42,435 nucleotides of DNA from a virus (taxonomy: Duplodnaviria > Caudoviricetes), in the IMG/VR virus record IMGVR_UViG_3300032321_000458, positions 1 to 42,435 of that record; one strand, written 5' to 3'. Of this stretch, positions 9,621 through 19,833 are shown in pieces. The notes under the pieces are model-generated. The model was not told where the DNA came from, made no database searches, and saw only the letters and a list, made by a program, of their open reading frames with translations. Both the position numbers and the translations under genes were made by a program. Numbering within the stretch: the stretch's first letter is position 1; every line of letters begins with the position of its first letter.

Positions 9621-10631
9621 ATGGCCGTTACTAGTAGAGCAACACTCACAGAATACGCTTTAAGAGCGCTTGGCGAGCCAGTAGTTGAAATTAACGTTGA
9701 TGATTCTCAATTAGAGGAACGTATTGACGAAGCACTTGACTATTGGAATCAGTATCACTTTGATGGGGCAGAACGCATGTACCTCAAACAAAAGATATCT
9801 GCGTCAACAATAGCAATCACAACAGCTACTTCAGCAAACTTTCCAGTTGGCAGCAAGATTACAGGTAACACTTCAGGTGCTACTGCAACTGTATGTACTG
9901 AAATGGGCAGAGAAGCAAATTCTAGTATTATAGTAGTAAAAGATGTGACTACTACTGGCGATACTAATGCTCAACATGCATTTAATGCTACAACGGTGGC
10001 AACATTTATAGTTGGTGAGACAATCACGAGTGATGATGGTACTACTGCAGTTATTGCTGCAGGTGGAGTAACATTAGGTACATATGACCTTCGTTATATC
10101 CCATTACCAGATTACATCTATGGCGTAACCCGAGTTATTCCATTCATGGCAGCATCAAGCTCAAAGAACTTATTTGACTTACAATACCAATTAAGACTTA
10201 ATGACTTATATGACTTGACTTCAACGTCAATCATTTATTATAAGACAGTTATGAGTCATATCTCACTACTTAACTTAGAACTAAATGGTTATCCTTTATA
10301 TAGATTTAATCGTATGATGGGTAGATTGAGTTTAGACGTAAGTTGGAATACTGCATTTGTAATTGGTGACTTCATTATGATTGAATGTTACAGAGCTTTA
10401 GATCCAGCTGTATTCACAAAAGTATGGAATGAACCATGGTTCCGTAAGTATGTAACTGCATTATTCAAGCGCCAATGGGCAACAAACATCAAGAAATTCC
10501 AAGGAATCCAGCTACCAGGTGGTGTAACTATCGATGGGGACAAGTTATACCTAGAAGCTATCACAGAAATTAAAGAATTAGAAAATGAGATGTTGAACAA
10601 ATCAGCACCTCTTGAATTCTTCCTAGGATAA
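9621..10631 (+). CDS. gp13: Neck protein gp13
   Basis: LRALGEPVVEINVDDSQLEERIDEALDYW, KFQGIQLPGGVTIDG and terminal PLEFFLG; synteny. Confidence 0.92.
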   Translation: MAVTSRATLTEYALRALGEPVVEINVDDSQLEERIDEALDYWNQYHFDGAERMYLKQKISASTIAITTATSANFPVGSKITGNTSGATATVCTEMGREANSSIIVVKDVTTTGDTNAQHAFNATTVATFIVGETITSDDGTTAVIAAGGVTLGTYDLRYIPLPDYIYGVTRVIPFMAASSSKNLFDLQYQLRLNDLYDLTSTSIIYYKTVMSHISLLNLELNGYPLYRFNRMMGRLSLDVSWNTAFVIGDFIMIECYRALDPAVFTKVWNEPWFRKYVTALFKRQWATNIKKFQGIQLPGGVTIDGDKLYLEAITEIKELENEMLNKSAPLEFFLG

Positions 10632-10632
10632 T

Positions 10633-11700
10633 ATGGCAAGAAGCGTTTACTTTACTAACGGAGTTAGATCCGAGCAACTTACCTATGAGGATATCATAGT
10701 TGAGTCAATTGGTATCTACGGTCAAGATTTCTATTATATACCTAGAACATTAGTAGGTAAAGATGAGATCTTAGGTGAAGATCGTTTATCACAATTCAAA
10801 TCAGCTTATGGTATCGAGATGTATCTTGAGAGTCATGATGGATTTGAAGGTCAAGGCGCATTCATTCAAAAATTTGGTTTAATGATGGAACAATCAGCTA
10901 CTCTTACTGTAGCTAGAAGAAAATGGGAACAACTTGTTGGACAACATGGTAAATCTATTTTACCTAATCGACCAGCCGAAGGAGATCTCTTATATTTTCC
11001 GTTAACTGGCGGTTTATTTGAAATTAAATTTGTCAAACATCAAGATCCATTCTATCAAGTTGGTAAACTATTTGTTTATAAATTACAAGTTGAACTCTTC
11101 CAATATGCATCTGAAAAGATCGATACTGGAATTGCATCAATTGATGTATTTGAAACTCTCAAATCGTTTGATGATGCAATAGTTCCTAATGGCACCGTGA
11201 CTGAGATTAAAATTACAAACAAAGGGGCTGGTTATGCCACTGCCCCTACAGTTGTATTAGGCGAAAATTGGGTTGCTACTACAGCAATTGCAGTTGGAGA
11301 TCAAGTATGTTTTGGCGGTAGAAGATATATTTGTACTATTGCTGGAACTACATCAAGCACTGGTCCTACTCATATATCATCTGTTTCTACTAATGGAACG
11401 GCCTCATTACAATTCTTTGGCTATAGAGCTACGGCAACTGCATACTTAGGTAATGGATTAACTGCCAATGAGGTAGTTAAAATATCAGTTACTGCTGCTG
11501 GATCAGGTTATACAAAAGCTCCTATTGTTTATTTAAGTGGTGGTGGCGGTTCAAACGCTGCTGCAACTGCTATTATTGCAAACACAGATACTCCTGATTC
11601 ATATGGAGATAATAATAAATTTAAAGAAGAAGCTGAAGGAATTGTCTTTCACGAAGATAATCCATTTGGTGAATTATCTACTTATCACAGGACTCCATAA
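10633..11700 (+). CDS. gp14: Neck protein gp14 with C-terminal insertion
   Basis: ESIGIYGQDFYYIPR, RPAEGDLLYFPL, FYQVGKLFVYKL and terminal EDNPFGE. Confidence 0.9.
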   Translation: MARSVYFTNGVRSEQLTYEDIIVESIGIYGQDFYYIPRTLVGKDEILGEDRLSQFKSAYGIEMYLESHDGFEGQGAFIQKFGLMMEQSATLTVARRKWEQLVGQHGKSILPNRPAEGDLLYFPLTGGLFEIKFVKHQDPFYQVGKLFVYKLQVELFQYASEKIDTGIASIDVFETLKSFDDAIVPNGTVTEIKITNKGAGYATAPTVVLGENWVATTAIAVGDQVCFGGRRYICTIAGTTSSTGPTHISSVSTNGTASLQFFGYRATATAYLGNGLTANEVVKISVTAAGSGYTKAPIVYLSGGGGSNAAATAIIANTDTPDSYGDNNKFKEEAEGIVFHEDNPFGELSTYHRTP

Positions 11701-12428
11701 TGTTAAACGGTCAAACCTATTATCATGGAGCTATAAGAAAAACGATTGTTGCATTTGGTCGTTTATTCTCTGATATTAAGATTGCTCGACAAGGTACTGA
11801 CGGAGCAGTTGCTCAAACAGTTTCAGTTCCACTTGCTTATGCGCCAAAAGAAAAATGGTTAGTTCGTATTGATTCTGATCCTAATCTAACAAATAATACA
11901 TATACAACATTACCAAGATTATCATTTGAAATTGTTGGCTATTCATATGATGCTGAAAGAAAAGCTAATAAGATGCAGAAGATTGTCTGTAAGGATACCA
12001 CATCAACTGGTAATCCTACTGCCAGATCAGTATTCTCTCCAGCTCCATACAATATTAGTATGAATCTGTATGTGTTAACTAAAACACAAGAAGATGCAAT
12101 GCAAATTGTTGAGCAAATTCTACCTATATTTAATCCACAATATACCTTATCTATTAATGCTTTACCAGATTTAGAAATTGTTCAAGATGTTCCAGTGATA
12201 CTTAATAGTGTCACAGTTGAAGATAACTATGATGGAGCATTTACTGAAAGACGATTTGTAGTTCATACCCTTAACTTTACATTGAAGACAAATATATTTG
12301 GTCCAGTATCAGAAAATGGAGTTATCCTTACTTCAATGGCTAATCTATCGGATCCTGGTAGAAAATATACTGCTGTAGGAACATCTCCAACAGCTCCAGT
12401 TACTGAAAACTGGGAAGCTCAGTTTTAA
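11700..12428 (+). CDS. gp15: Tail sheath stabilizer / tail terminator gp15
   Basis: YYHGAIRKTIVAFGRLF, VPLAYAPKEKW, LPRLSFEI, QIVEQILPIFNP. Confidence 0.92.
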   Translation: MLNGQTYYHGAIRKTIVAFGRLFSDIKIARQGTDGAVAQTVSVPLAYAPKEKWLVRIDSDPNLTNNTYTTLPRLSFEIVGYSYDAERKANKMQKIVCKDTTSTGNPTARSVFSPAPYNISMNLYVLTKTQEDAMQIVEQILPIFNPQYTLSINALPDLEIVQDVPVILNSVTVEDNYDGAFTERRFVVHTLNFTLKTNIFGPVSENGVILTSMANLSDPGRKYTAVGTSPTAPVTENWEAQF

Positions 12429-12430
12429 TC

Positions 12431-14017
12431 ATGTCAAAAGTATATAATGCAAATCAACAGTTAAAAGCAGCAGGAGTAAAAATCCCGTTTACTGAAGAAC
12501 AAGTAACGGAATGGATGAAGTGTAAAGAAGATCCAATTTACTTCATTAATAACTATTGTAAAATTATATCTCTAGATCATGGTCTTGTACCATTTAAACT
12601 TTATGAGTGTCAACGTGAAAAGGTAAAGATAATACATGAAAACAGAAAAGTTATCCTTATGGAAGGTCGTCAACAAGGTAAGACGACTACTAGCGCAGCC
12701 TATATCTTATGGTATACGCTATTTCAAGATTCGAAAACAGTCGCGATCTTGGCTAACAAAGCAACCGCCGCCCGTGAGGTCTTATACAGGTATCAATTGA
12801 TGTATGAGAATCTTCCATTATGGTTACAGCAAGGTGTAACAACATGGAACAAGGGTGATATAGAACTAGAGAATAATAGTAAAGTATTTACAGCAGCAAC
12901 TACATCTTCTGGTATCCGCGGTAAATCAGTCAATATGTTATATGTTGATGAAACTGCGATCATTCCAAATAATGTGGCAGAAGACTTCTTCACCTCAGTT
13001 TATCCTACGATTTCTGCCGGTGAAACAACAAAGATCTTACTATCATCGACTCCATTAGGTTATAATCACTTCTGGAAGTTTTGGAATGATGCTGAAAACA
13101 AAAGAAATGACTTTGTGCCTTTATTCATACCATATAGTAGAATACCTGGTAGAGATGAAAAATGGGCTGAAGAACAGAAAAGGCAACTTGGAGAACTTAA
13201 GTTTAATCAAGAGGTTCTTTGTACATTCTTAGGTTCTAGTTTAACTTTAATTAGAGCTGATGTTATTGGTAGAATGTCTCCTGATAGAATCATATATAGT
13301 AAAGATGGTCTTGATGTATATGAAACACCGCAAAAAGCTCATAATTATGTATTAGTTGCTGATACCTCAGATGGGGTTGGTCAAGATTATTCATCATTTG
13401 TTATAATTGATATTACTGAAATGCCATATAAACAGGTTGCCAAGTATAGGAATAATACTATAAGTCCTATGCTATATCCAACAGTCATTCATAAGATAGC
13501 AACAGAATATAATAAAGCATACGTTTTAATTGAAATCAATAAGATTGAGCAAGTAGCTTATATCTTATACTCTGAAATGGAATACGATAATATACTATTT
13601 GTCAATAGAGGTTCACAAGGACAAGTAGTTTCAGGTGGCTTTGGAGGAGGTAAATCTCATCTAGGAGTCTATACTGATAAGAAAGTAAAAAGAATTGGTT
13701 GTAATAATTTCAAATCAATGATAGAAGAGAATAAGCTTCTAATAAGAGATGCTGATACCATTGCTGAGATTTCAACCTTTATCGAAAACAAAGGTTCATA
13801 TGCTGCCGATGAAGGATATCATGATGATTTAGTGATGCCATTAGTACTATTTAGCTGGTTAACTACTAACCCATACTTTAAAGAGCTTAATGATGTTAAT
13901 ATACGAGAATTAATGTATGAGCATCAAATGAAGGCTATTGAAGATGAGTTAACCCCATTTGGGTTCGTTGATGACGGTAGACATTCTGATGCTGAAGACG
14001 TTCTATTGAATTTTTAG
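12431..14017 (+). CDS. gp17: Terminase large subunit gp17
   Basis: GRQQGKTT Walker A, YVDETA Walker B, SSTPLG and HDDLVM nuclease motif. Confidence 0.96.
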   Translation: MSKVYNANQQLKAAGVKIPFTEEQVTEWMKCKEDPIYFINNYCKIISLDHGLVPFKLYECQREKVKIIHENRKVILMEGRQQGKTTTSAAYILWYTLFQDSKTVAILANKATAAREVLYRYQLMYENLPLWLQQGVTTWNKGDIELENNSKVFTAATTSSGIRGKSVNMLYVDETAIIPNNVAEDFFTSVYPTISAGETTKILLSSTPLGYNHFWKFWNDAENKRNDFVPLFIPYSRIPGRDEKWAEEQKRQLGELKFNQEVLCTFLGSSLTLIRADVIGRMSPDRIIYSKDGLDVYETPQKAHNYVLVADTSDGVGQDYSSFVIIDITEMPYKQVAKYRNNTISPMLYPTVIHKIATEYNKAYVLIEINKIEQVAYILYSEMEYDNILFVNRGSQGQVVSGGFGGGKSHLGVYTDKKVKRIGCNNFKSMIEENKLLIRDADTIAEISTFIENKGSYAADEGYHDDLVMPLVLFSWLTTNPYFKELNDVNIRELMYEHQMKAIEDELTPFGFVDDGRHSDAEDVLLNF

Positions 14018-14021
14018 AAAG

Positions 14022-14029
14022 TATAAATA
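14022..14029 (+). promoter_or_regulatory. T4-type late promoter
   Basis: TATAAATA upstream of gp18. Confidence 0.8.
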
Positions 14030-14089
14030 AAAGTATAGAGGTGACTCTAGCTATATTATAAAAATCATAATTTAAGGAGAATCAAAAAA

Positions 14090-16045
14090 ATGCCGTTCCA
14101 ATTATCTCCAGGAGTTGCGGTAGTCGAGAAAGACTTTTCAGCGTTAGTTCCAGCAGTATCAAGTTCTGCAGGCGCTTTTGCTGGTGTATTTGCATGGGGT
14201 CCCGTTTTAGATCCTGTTACAATTTCATCTGAAGCTGTGTTAGTACAACGATTTGGTAAACCAGACGATTCAACAGCACAATCATTTTTCACTGCAGCAA
14301 ACTTCCTTTCATATACAAATAATCTATTAACTGTTCGTGTAAATACAGCTGGTAATAGAAATTCAGTTGTTACACAAACTGGTTCAGTTACTAGTTTTAC
14401 ATCTTTAGTTGGCGGTGACTCATACGCGTCTGCTCCTAGTGTTACTATTGCTGCACCAAACGTTACTGGTGGAGTACAAGCAACTGCTCATGCAGTTTTA
14501 ACTAGTGGTTCAGTTACATCTATTGTTATTGATGAACCAGGTACAGGTTATACATCTGCTCCTACAGTAACTATTGCTACTGGCCCAGGTACAGATGCTA
14601 CAGCTACAGCGGTTATTACAACTGGCGGCGTTAAAATCAATAACTTTGATTCATATACTAGTTCTTATGCTACTGGTCAAGGTGTAGTTGGTGAATGGGC
14701 TGCTAAATACCCAGGCGCATTAGGTAACTCATTAAAAGTTTCTATGGCTGATTCACAAACATATACAGGTTGGGCTTATGAGACTGAATTTGATTCAGTT
14801 CCTGGCACATCTGCTTATGCAGCAAGTGTTAATGGTTCAAATGACGAATTACATGTAGTTGTTGTTGACGAAGATGGTTTATGGTCAGGTACTCCAGGTA
14901 CAGTGTTGGAAAAATTTGCTTTTGTTTCTAAAGCTTCTGATGCTAAAAAATCTGATGGTACAAATAACTATTATAAAGATGTAGTTAATGGTCAATCTAA
15001 ATATATTTGGTGGATGGATCATACCACAACAGTTGCTACATCAGTTGCTGGTACAGGTACTTCTGGTCAAGCATGGGGTTTAACTGCTGCACGAGGATTT
15101 AAAGATCTTTCAGCTGTAGTTACAAAATCATTATCAGGCGGTGTTGATGATTTCTCAGCAACAGATGGTAACTTAATGGATGGTTTTGCATTATTTGCTA
15201 ATGCTGAACTTTATGATGTATCATTAATTCCTTTAGGTAAAGCTTCATCTACAGTAGCTGAATACGTTATTAATAACGTAGCAGAAGTAAGATTAGATTG
15301 TGTAGCATTTATTTCTCCAGAAGATGATGCAACTGGCGATATTGTTATTGGTTCTGCTTCTCAAAATATTGGTTCTTTAGTTGCTTATAGAAATGCATTG
15401 CCAAGTACATCTTATGCTGTATTAGATTCAGGTTACAAATATCAGTATGACCGTTATAACGACAAATACAGATGGGTACCATTAAATGGTGACGTTGCTG
15501 GTCTTTGCGCTCGTACAGACTATACAAACGATCCATGGTGGAGTCCAGGCGGTTTAAATCGTGGTCAAGTTAAGAATGTTGTTAAGCTTGCTGTTAATCC
15601 AGGCAAAACTGAAAGAGATACATTATACAAAGCAGGTGTTAACCCAGTTGTTAATTTCCCTGGCCAAGGTACAGTTCTCTTTGGTGATAAGACGCTTCTT
15701 GCTAAACCAAGTGCATTTGATCGTATCAACGTACGTCGTTTATTCATCGTGCTTGAAAAAGCTATTGCTACAGCGGCTAAATATCAATTATTTGAATTCA
15801 ACGACAGTTTCACAAGAGCTCAGTTTACTAACTTAGTAACTCCGTTCTTAAGAGATGTTCAAGGTCGACGTGGTTTAACAGACTTCCGTGTTAATTGTGA
15901 TGATACAAACAACACAGGCGAAGTTATTGACCGCAATGAATTTGTTGCCGATATCTATATTAAACCTAATCGTTCTATCAACTACATTACATTGAATTTT
16001 ATTGCAGCTCGTAGCTCAGTATCATTTGATGAAATTGGTGGATAG
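14090..16045 (+). CDS. gp18: Tail sheath protein gp18
   Basis: QLSPGVAVVEKD, FAWGP, AKYPGALGN and SAFDRINVRRLF. Confidence 0.97.
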   Translation: MPFQLSPGVAVVEKDFSALVPAVSSSAGAFAGVFAWGPVLDPVTISSEAVLVQRFGKPDDSTAQSFFTAANFLSYTNNLLTVRVNTAGNRNSVVTQTGSVTSFTSLVGGDSYASAPSVTIAAPNVTGGVQATAHAVLTSGSVTSIVIDEPGTGYTSAPTVTIATGPGTDATATAVITTGGVKINNFDSYTSSYATGQGVVGEWAAKYPGALGNSLKVSMADSQTYTGWAYETEFDSVPGTSAYAASVNGSNDELHVVVVDEDGLWSGTPGTVLEKFAFVSKASDAKKSDGTNNYYKDVVNGQSKYIWWMDHTTTVATSVAGTGTSGQAWGLTAARGFKDLSAVVTKSLSGGVDDFSATDGNLMDGFALFANAELYDVSLIPLGKASSTVAEYVINNVAEVRLDCVAFISPEDDATGDIVIGSASQNIGSLVAYRNALPSTSYAVLDSGYKYQYDRYNDKYRWVPLNGDVAGLCARTDYTNDPWWSPGGLNRGQVKNVVKLAVNPGKTERDTLYKAGVNPVVNFPGQGTVLFGDKTLLAKPSAFDRINVRRLFIVLEKAIATAAKYQLFEFNDSFTRAQFTNLVTPFLRDVQGRRGLTDFRVNCDDTNNTGEVIDRNEFVADIYIKPNRSINYITLNFIAARSSVSFDEIGG

Positions 16046-16047
16046 CA

Positions 16048-16055
16048 TATAAATA
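16048..16055 (+). promoter_or_regulatory. T4-type late promoter
   Basis: TATAAATA upstream of gp19. Confidence 0.8.
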
Positions 16056-16082
16056 ATAAAGAGGAAAAATAAAGGATAAAAT

Positions 16083-16679
16083 ATGGCAAATATTAGCGAT
16101 TTTAAAGCCCAACTGATCGGTGGCGGAGCACGTCCTAATCAGTTTCAAGTTGAATTAACATTCCCTGCATATGTTACAGGCGGTCCAGCTGTTGGATTAC
16201 AATCTCAATTCTTATGTAAAGCTGCTCAATTACCAGCTTCTAACGTAGAGAATATGGGTATCCAATATCGTGGTCGTCAAGTAAACTTTGCTGGCGAAAG
16301 ATCATTCCAACCATGGACAGTTTCTATCTATAATGATACAACATTTGCAATTAGAAATGCTATGGAAGTATGGTCTGACGGTATTCAAAATCATAGTCAA
16401 ACTAATGGTAGAACAAATCCACGTGATTACCAAGTTGATTTACGCGTTCATCAATTAGATCGTAACGGTGCTATCGTTAAGAGCTATAAATTCCATGACG
16501 CTTATCCAACAACTATTGGTCCTATTGCAGTTGACTACGAAAATGCTAACCAAATGGAATTATTTGACGTTGAATTTACATACAACTATTGGACATCTTC
16601 TACATCTACCCAAGGTTCTAACTTTGGTGTAAGCGTAGCAGTTAATACTCCAGTAGGTACATTCCCAATACCAGTTTAA
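16083..16679 (+). CDS. gp19: Tail tube protein gp19
   Basis: GGARPNQFQV, FLCKAAQLPAS, WTVSIYNDTTFAIR and VHQLDRNG. Confidence 0.95.
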   Translation: MANISDFKAQLIGGGARPNQFQVELTFPAYVTGGPAVGLQSQFLCKAAQLPASNVENMGIQYRGRQVNFAGERSFQPWTVSIYNDTTFAIRNAMEVWSDGIQNHSQTNGRTNPRDYQVDLRVHQLDRNGAIVKSYKFHDAYPTTIGPIAVDYENANQMELFDVEFTYNYWTSSTSTQGSNFGVSVAVNTPVGTFPIPV

Positions 16680-16695
16680 TCTGGTAGTTGGGTTT
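16664..16695 (+). terminator. Hairpin across the gp19 stop (weak terminator or processing site)
   Basis: CCCAA-TACCAG / CTGGTA-G-TTGGG stem with TTTAAT loop, followed by only TTT. Confidence 0.4.
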
Positions 16696-16715
16696 AATAT
16701 TATAAGGGTTATATT

Positions 16716-18275
16716 ATGGAAATTTTTGGTTTCGAGATAGCAAGAAAGAAGAATCAGACACAGCGGAGGCAGGGAACTGAGGTAGTAACACCTGCTTCTG
16801 ATGATGGTTCAACAGTAATATCTACACTTGGAGCTGCCGCTGCCTACTACGGTATGACAGTAGACCTTGAAGGTGTTATTAAGAATGAAAATGATTTAAT
16901 TAGACGATATAGAGAAGTATCTCAATATGGTGATTGCGATAATGCTGTTGAGGATATCATCAATGAAGCTATTGTTGCAAATAATGACGAGCAGCCGGTT
17001 GAAGTTGTATTAGATGATATTAAGTTATCTAGTTCAATTAAAGATAAGATTACTGAAGAGTTTAAGGAAATCCTTAAGCTTTACAAGTTTAATCATAGAG
17101 GACATGATATCTTCCGTTCATGGTATGTGGATGGTAGATTATATTATCATATCCTAATTGATAATGAAAATATTAAGAATGGTATTCAAGAACTACGTTA
17201 TATTGATCCACGTAAGATCAGACGTATTAAGAATATCAAAAAGGGCAAGAACGATAAAGGTATTGAAGTTGTTACCAATATAGAAGAATTCTATCTATAT
17301 AACGATAAAGGTATCAATGAGAATACAAGTCAAGGTGTTAAGCTTTCTCTTGACTCAGTTATCTATGCTCCATCTGGATTAATTGATGCAAACTCTAACT
17401 CAATGTTAGGTTACTTGCATAAAGCAATTAAACCAGTCAATCAGTTAAAGATGATCGAAGATGCTTTAGTTATCTATAGAGTATCAAGAGCACCTGAACG
17501 AAGAATTTTTTACATTGATGTAGGTAATTTGCCTAAGCTTAAAGCTGAGCAATACGTTAATGATATCATGAACAAGTATAGAAATAAGGTTGTCTATGAT
17601 GCCAATACTGGCGAAATACGAGATGACCGTAAACATCTATCAATGATGGAAGATTTTTGGATGCCACGAAGAGAAGGTGGCAAGGGTACAGAGATTACAA
17701 CCCTTTCAGGCGGTCAGACTTTAGGTCAAATCGAAGATATCCAATATTTCCAAAATAAATTGTATCAATGCTTGAACGTTCCAGTCTCAAGAATGAGACC
17801 AGATCAAAGTTTTAGTCTTGGTAAAACTAATGAGATTACTCGTGATGAAGTTAAGTTTAATAAGTTTATTGAACGCCTTCGTCGTAAATTCTCAGCGCTA
17901 TTTGCTGAGGCTTTAAGAGTCCAGTTAATTGCTAAACAAATTATTCGTCCTGATGAATGGGATGCTATTGCACAAGATTTAAGATTTGACTTCCAAGAAG
18001 ATAACCACTTTGCGGAATTAAAAGAATCTGAAGTGCTTGCACAAAGATTAGATACATTACAAAGAATACAACCATATGTAGGAGTATACTACAGTATGGA
18101 GTATATAAAGAGATTTGTTCTTAAACAATCTGAAGAAGATATTAAAGAGATTGAAAAGAATATTAAGCAAGAACAAGCAGAGATACAAGCGGCTCAGCAA
18201 ATATTAGGTATATTGCCTATGCCTACTGAACCAGTACCTGCTGATACAGTACAACCTAAAGGAGAAAGTAAATGA
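16716..18275 (+). CDS. gp20: Portal protein gp20
   Basis: WYVDGRLYYH, YRVSRAPERRIFYIDVGNLPK and EDFWMPRREGGKGTEITTL. Confidence 0.97.
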   Translation: MEIFGFEIARKKNQTQRRQGTEVVTPASDDGSTVISTLGAAAAYYGMTVDLEGVIKNENDLIRRYREVSQYGDCDNAVEDIINEAIVANNDEQPVEVVLDDIKLSSSIKDKITEEFKEILKLYKFNHRGHDIFRSWYVDGRLYYHILIDNENIKNGIQELRYIDPRKIRRIKNIKKGKNDKGIEVVTNIEEFYLYNDKGINENTSQGVKLSLDSVIYAPSGLIDANSNSMLGYLHKAIKPVNQLKMIEDALVIYRVSRAPERRIFYIDVGNLPKLKAEQYVNDIMNKYRNKVVYDANTGEIRDDRKHLSMMEDFWMPRREGGKGTEITTLSGGQTLGQIEDIQYFQNKLYQCLNVPVSRMRPDQSFSLGKTNEITRDEVKFNKFIERLRRKFSALFAEALRVQLIAKQIIRPDEWDAIAQDLRFDFQEDNHFAELKESEVLAQRLDTLQRIQPYVGVYYSMEYIKRFVLKQSEEDIKEIEKNIKQEQAEIQAAQQILGILPMPTEPVPADTVQPKGESK

Positions 18276-18523
18276 CTCAAGGCGTAAATGATTTAATCAA
18301 TGCTATCGTTGAAGGCGATGCAACAAAGATTGACGCAGCTTTTAATTCAGAAATGGCAATACGTATTTCTGATAAACTAGAAGATATGAGAGTATCTGTT
18401 GGTCAATCAATGTTTGCTACTGAACAAGTAGAAGAGCAAACTGAAGAAGTTGCTGAAGAACAAACTGAAGAAACTACAGAAGAAATTGCTGTAGAAGAAA
18501 CAGTAGAGGCACAAGCTGAATAA
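18272..18523 (+). CDS. Acidic prohead core protein (gp67-like)
   Basis: Small Glu-rich protein directly after the portal gene, as in T4-like phages. Confidence 0.6.
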   Translation: MTQGVNDLINAIVEGDATKIDAAFNSEMAIRISDKLEDMRVSVGQSMFATEQVEEQTEEVAEEQTEETTEEIAVEETVEAQAE

Positions 18524-18786
18524 TGTTTAATCCACTTAGCAATATGAATGTATCAACTCTTGGCTTAGATGCTGATTTATTAGAAGCAGTTAAGAAGATT
18601 AAAGAGAATGACCCGTATAATCCTTCTGGATCAGGTCCGGCTCGTTTACCTTCTGAACCTTCTGCATCAGGCCAAAAAATGAATATTGCTGATGATAAAA
18701 AACATGGTAAAGGTTGTACATGTAATGAGTGTTCTATGACTCCTGGATATGTTAAAACAAATCGTACTTACGAAGAAAAGAAATAA
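18523..18786 (+). CDS. Hypothetical protein in head module
   Basis: TAATG-coupled ORF containing HGKGCTCNEC. Confidence 0.55.
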   Translation: MFNPLSNMNVSTLGLDADLLEAVKKIKENDPYNPSGSGPARLPSEPSASGQKMNIADDKKHGKGCTCNECSMTPGYVKTNRTYEEKK

Positions 18787-19328
18787 TGTATTATAACCAG
18801 TTTATCCGATCATTGACTGGTAGCAATGCTATTAATCATATTAGATCCTTTGGTCATCTCATTGAGAAGACTGAAGATGGTATTCTTATTGACGGAGAAA
18901 CAACAAGTTTTAAAGAATTAGAGGAAGCAAGACAACACATTAAGACACAATACGATACAAAAACTTTAGAAGAACAAATTAAGACAGAACTATACGACGA
19001 GATATCAGATAATAAGATAGCAAATATAATTAAAGAACATCACGATATAAGAGTTACAGATACTTTAATAGAGTCATATATAGAACTTGCTTCCTCTAAA
19101 CTTTTTACTGTAGATCCTGTTGTACAAGAAATTAGAAGCCTCAATAAATTTGATAAACTTATTGAAGGCAAAATCGATTATAAACTAGAAGATGGTACTA
19201 TAATCGCAATTAATGAAGATACACAAAACAAATTAAAAGATTTATTTAGCAATCAACAAGAAATCATTGAGCACATGAGACAAAGTAAAGATAACTTTAT
19301 CAGTGTACTCAAACAAATCGGAGATTAA
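18786..19328 (+). CDS. Hypothetical head-module protein (possible prohead core/internal protein)
   Basis: TAATG-coupled 180-aa ORF between gp20 and gp21. Confidence 0.55.
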   Translation: MYYNQFIRSLTGSNAINHIRSFGHLIEKTEDGILIDGETTSFKELEEARQHIKTQYDTKTLEEQIKTELYDEISDNKIANIIKEHHDIRVTDTLIESYIELASSKLFTVDPVVQEIRSLNKFDKLIEGKIDYKLEDGTIIAINEDTQNKLKDLFSNQQEIIEHMRQSKDNFISVLKQIGD

Positions 19329-19330
19329 AG

Positions 19331-19828
19331 ATGGCCTTAGCAGTTTATATCGTAAAGAATACAAATAAAGAGACTGTAATTTCATGTAGTGGAGCAAATG
19401 ATACCGTATCATTAGCAATATCTGGTATAGCCTCTGCAGATCAGCAGTTAGGTGCAACCGGTGCTGCTGGTGCAACTGGTCCTGTAGTTAGTGTTGCTAC
19501 AGTAATTAGTTCTGGTACATTAGGATCTTCTGTATCACTTAGACGTGGTGCAACCGGGGCTACTGGTCACCTTGTATTTTCTGGTGCTCCTGAAAATGCT
19601 CCAGTTATACAGTTTAACCAATATGGTTTTATGGAAAATGGCCAAAATAATAAAGATATCCTTGTTACACATGCTGGTGCTACTGGAGCTAACGTTACAA
19701 CATGGGTAGTACTTCACAAACAAGACGGTTTCTACTCTAAAGTAGAGTATGAAAAATATGGTGCTTACGATGACGAGACTGTAGTTGGTGCATTAGACAT
19801 TGTTGGTAGCCCAGATTACACAGGATAA
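19331..19828 (+). CDS. Hypothetical virion protein with GATG repeats
   Basis: SD GGAG; GATGAAGATG, GATGATG and GATGA motifs. Confidence 0.6.
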   Translation: MALAVYIVKNTNKETVISCSGANDTVSLAISGIASADQQLGATGAAGATGPVVSVATVISSGTLGSSVSLRRGATGATGHLVFSGAPENAPVIQFNQYGFMENGQNNKDILVTHAGATGANVTTWVVLHKQDGFYSKVEYEKYGAYDDETVVGALDIVGSPDYTG

Positions 19829-19833
19829 TAAAA

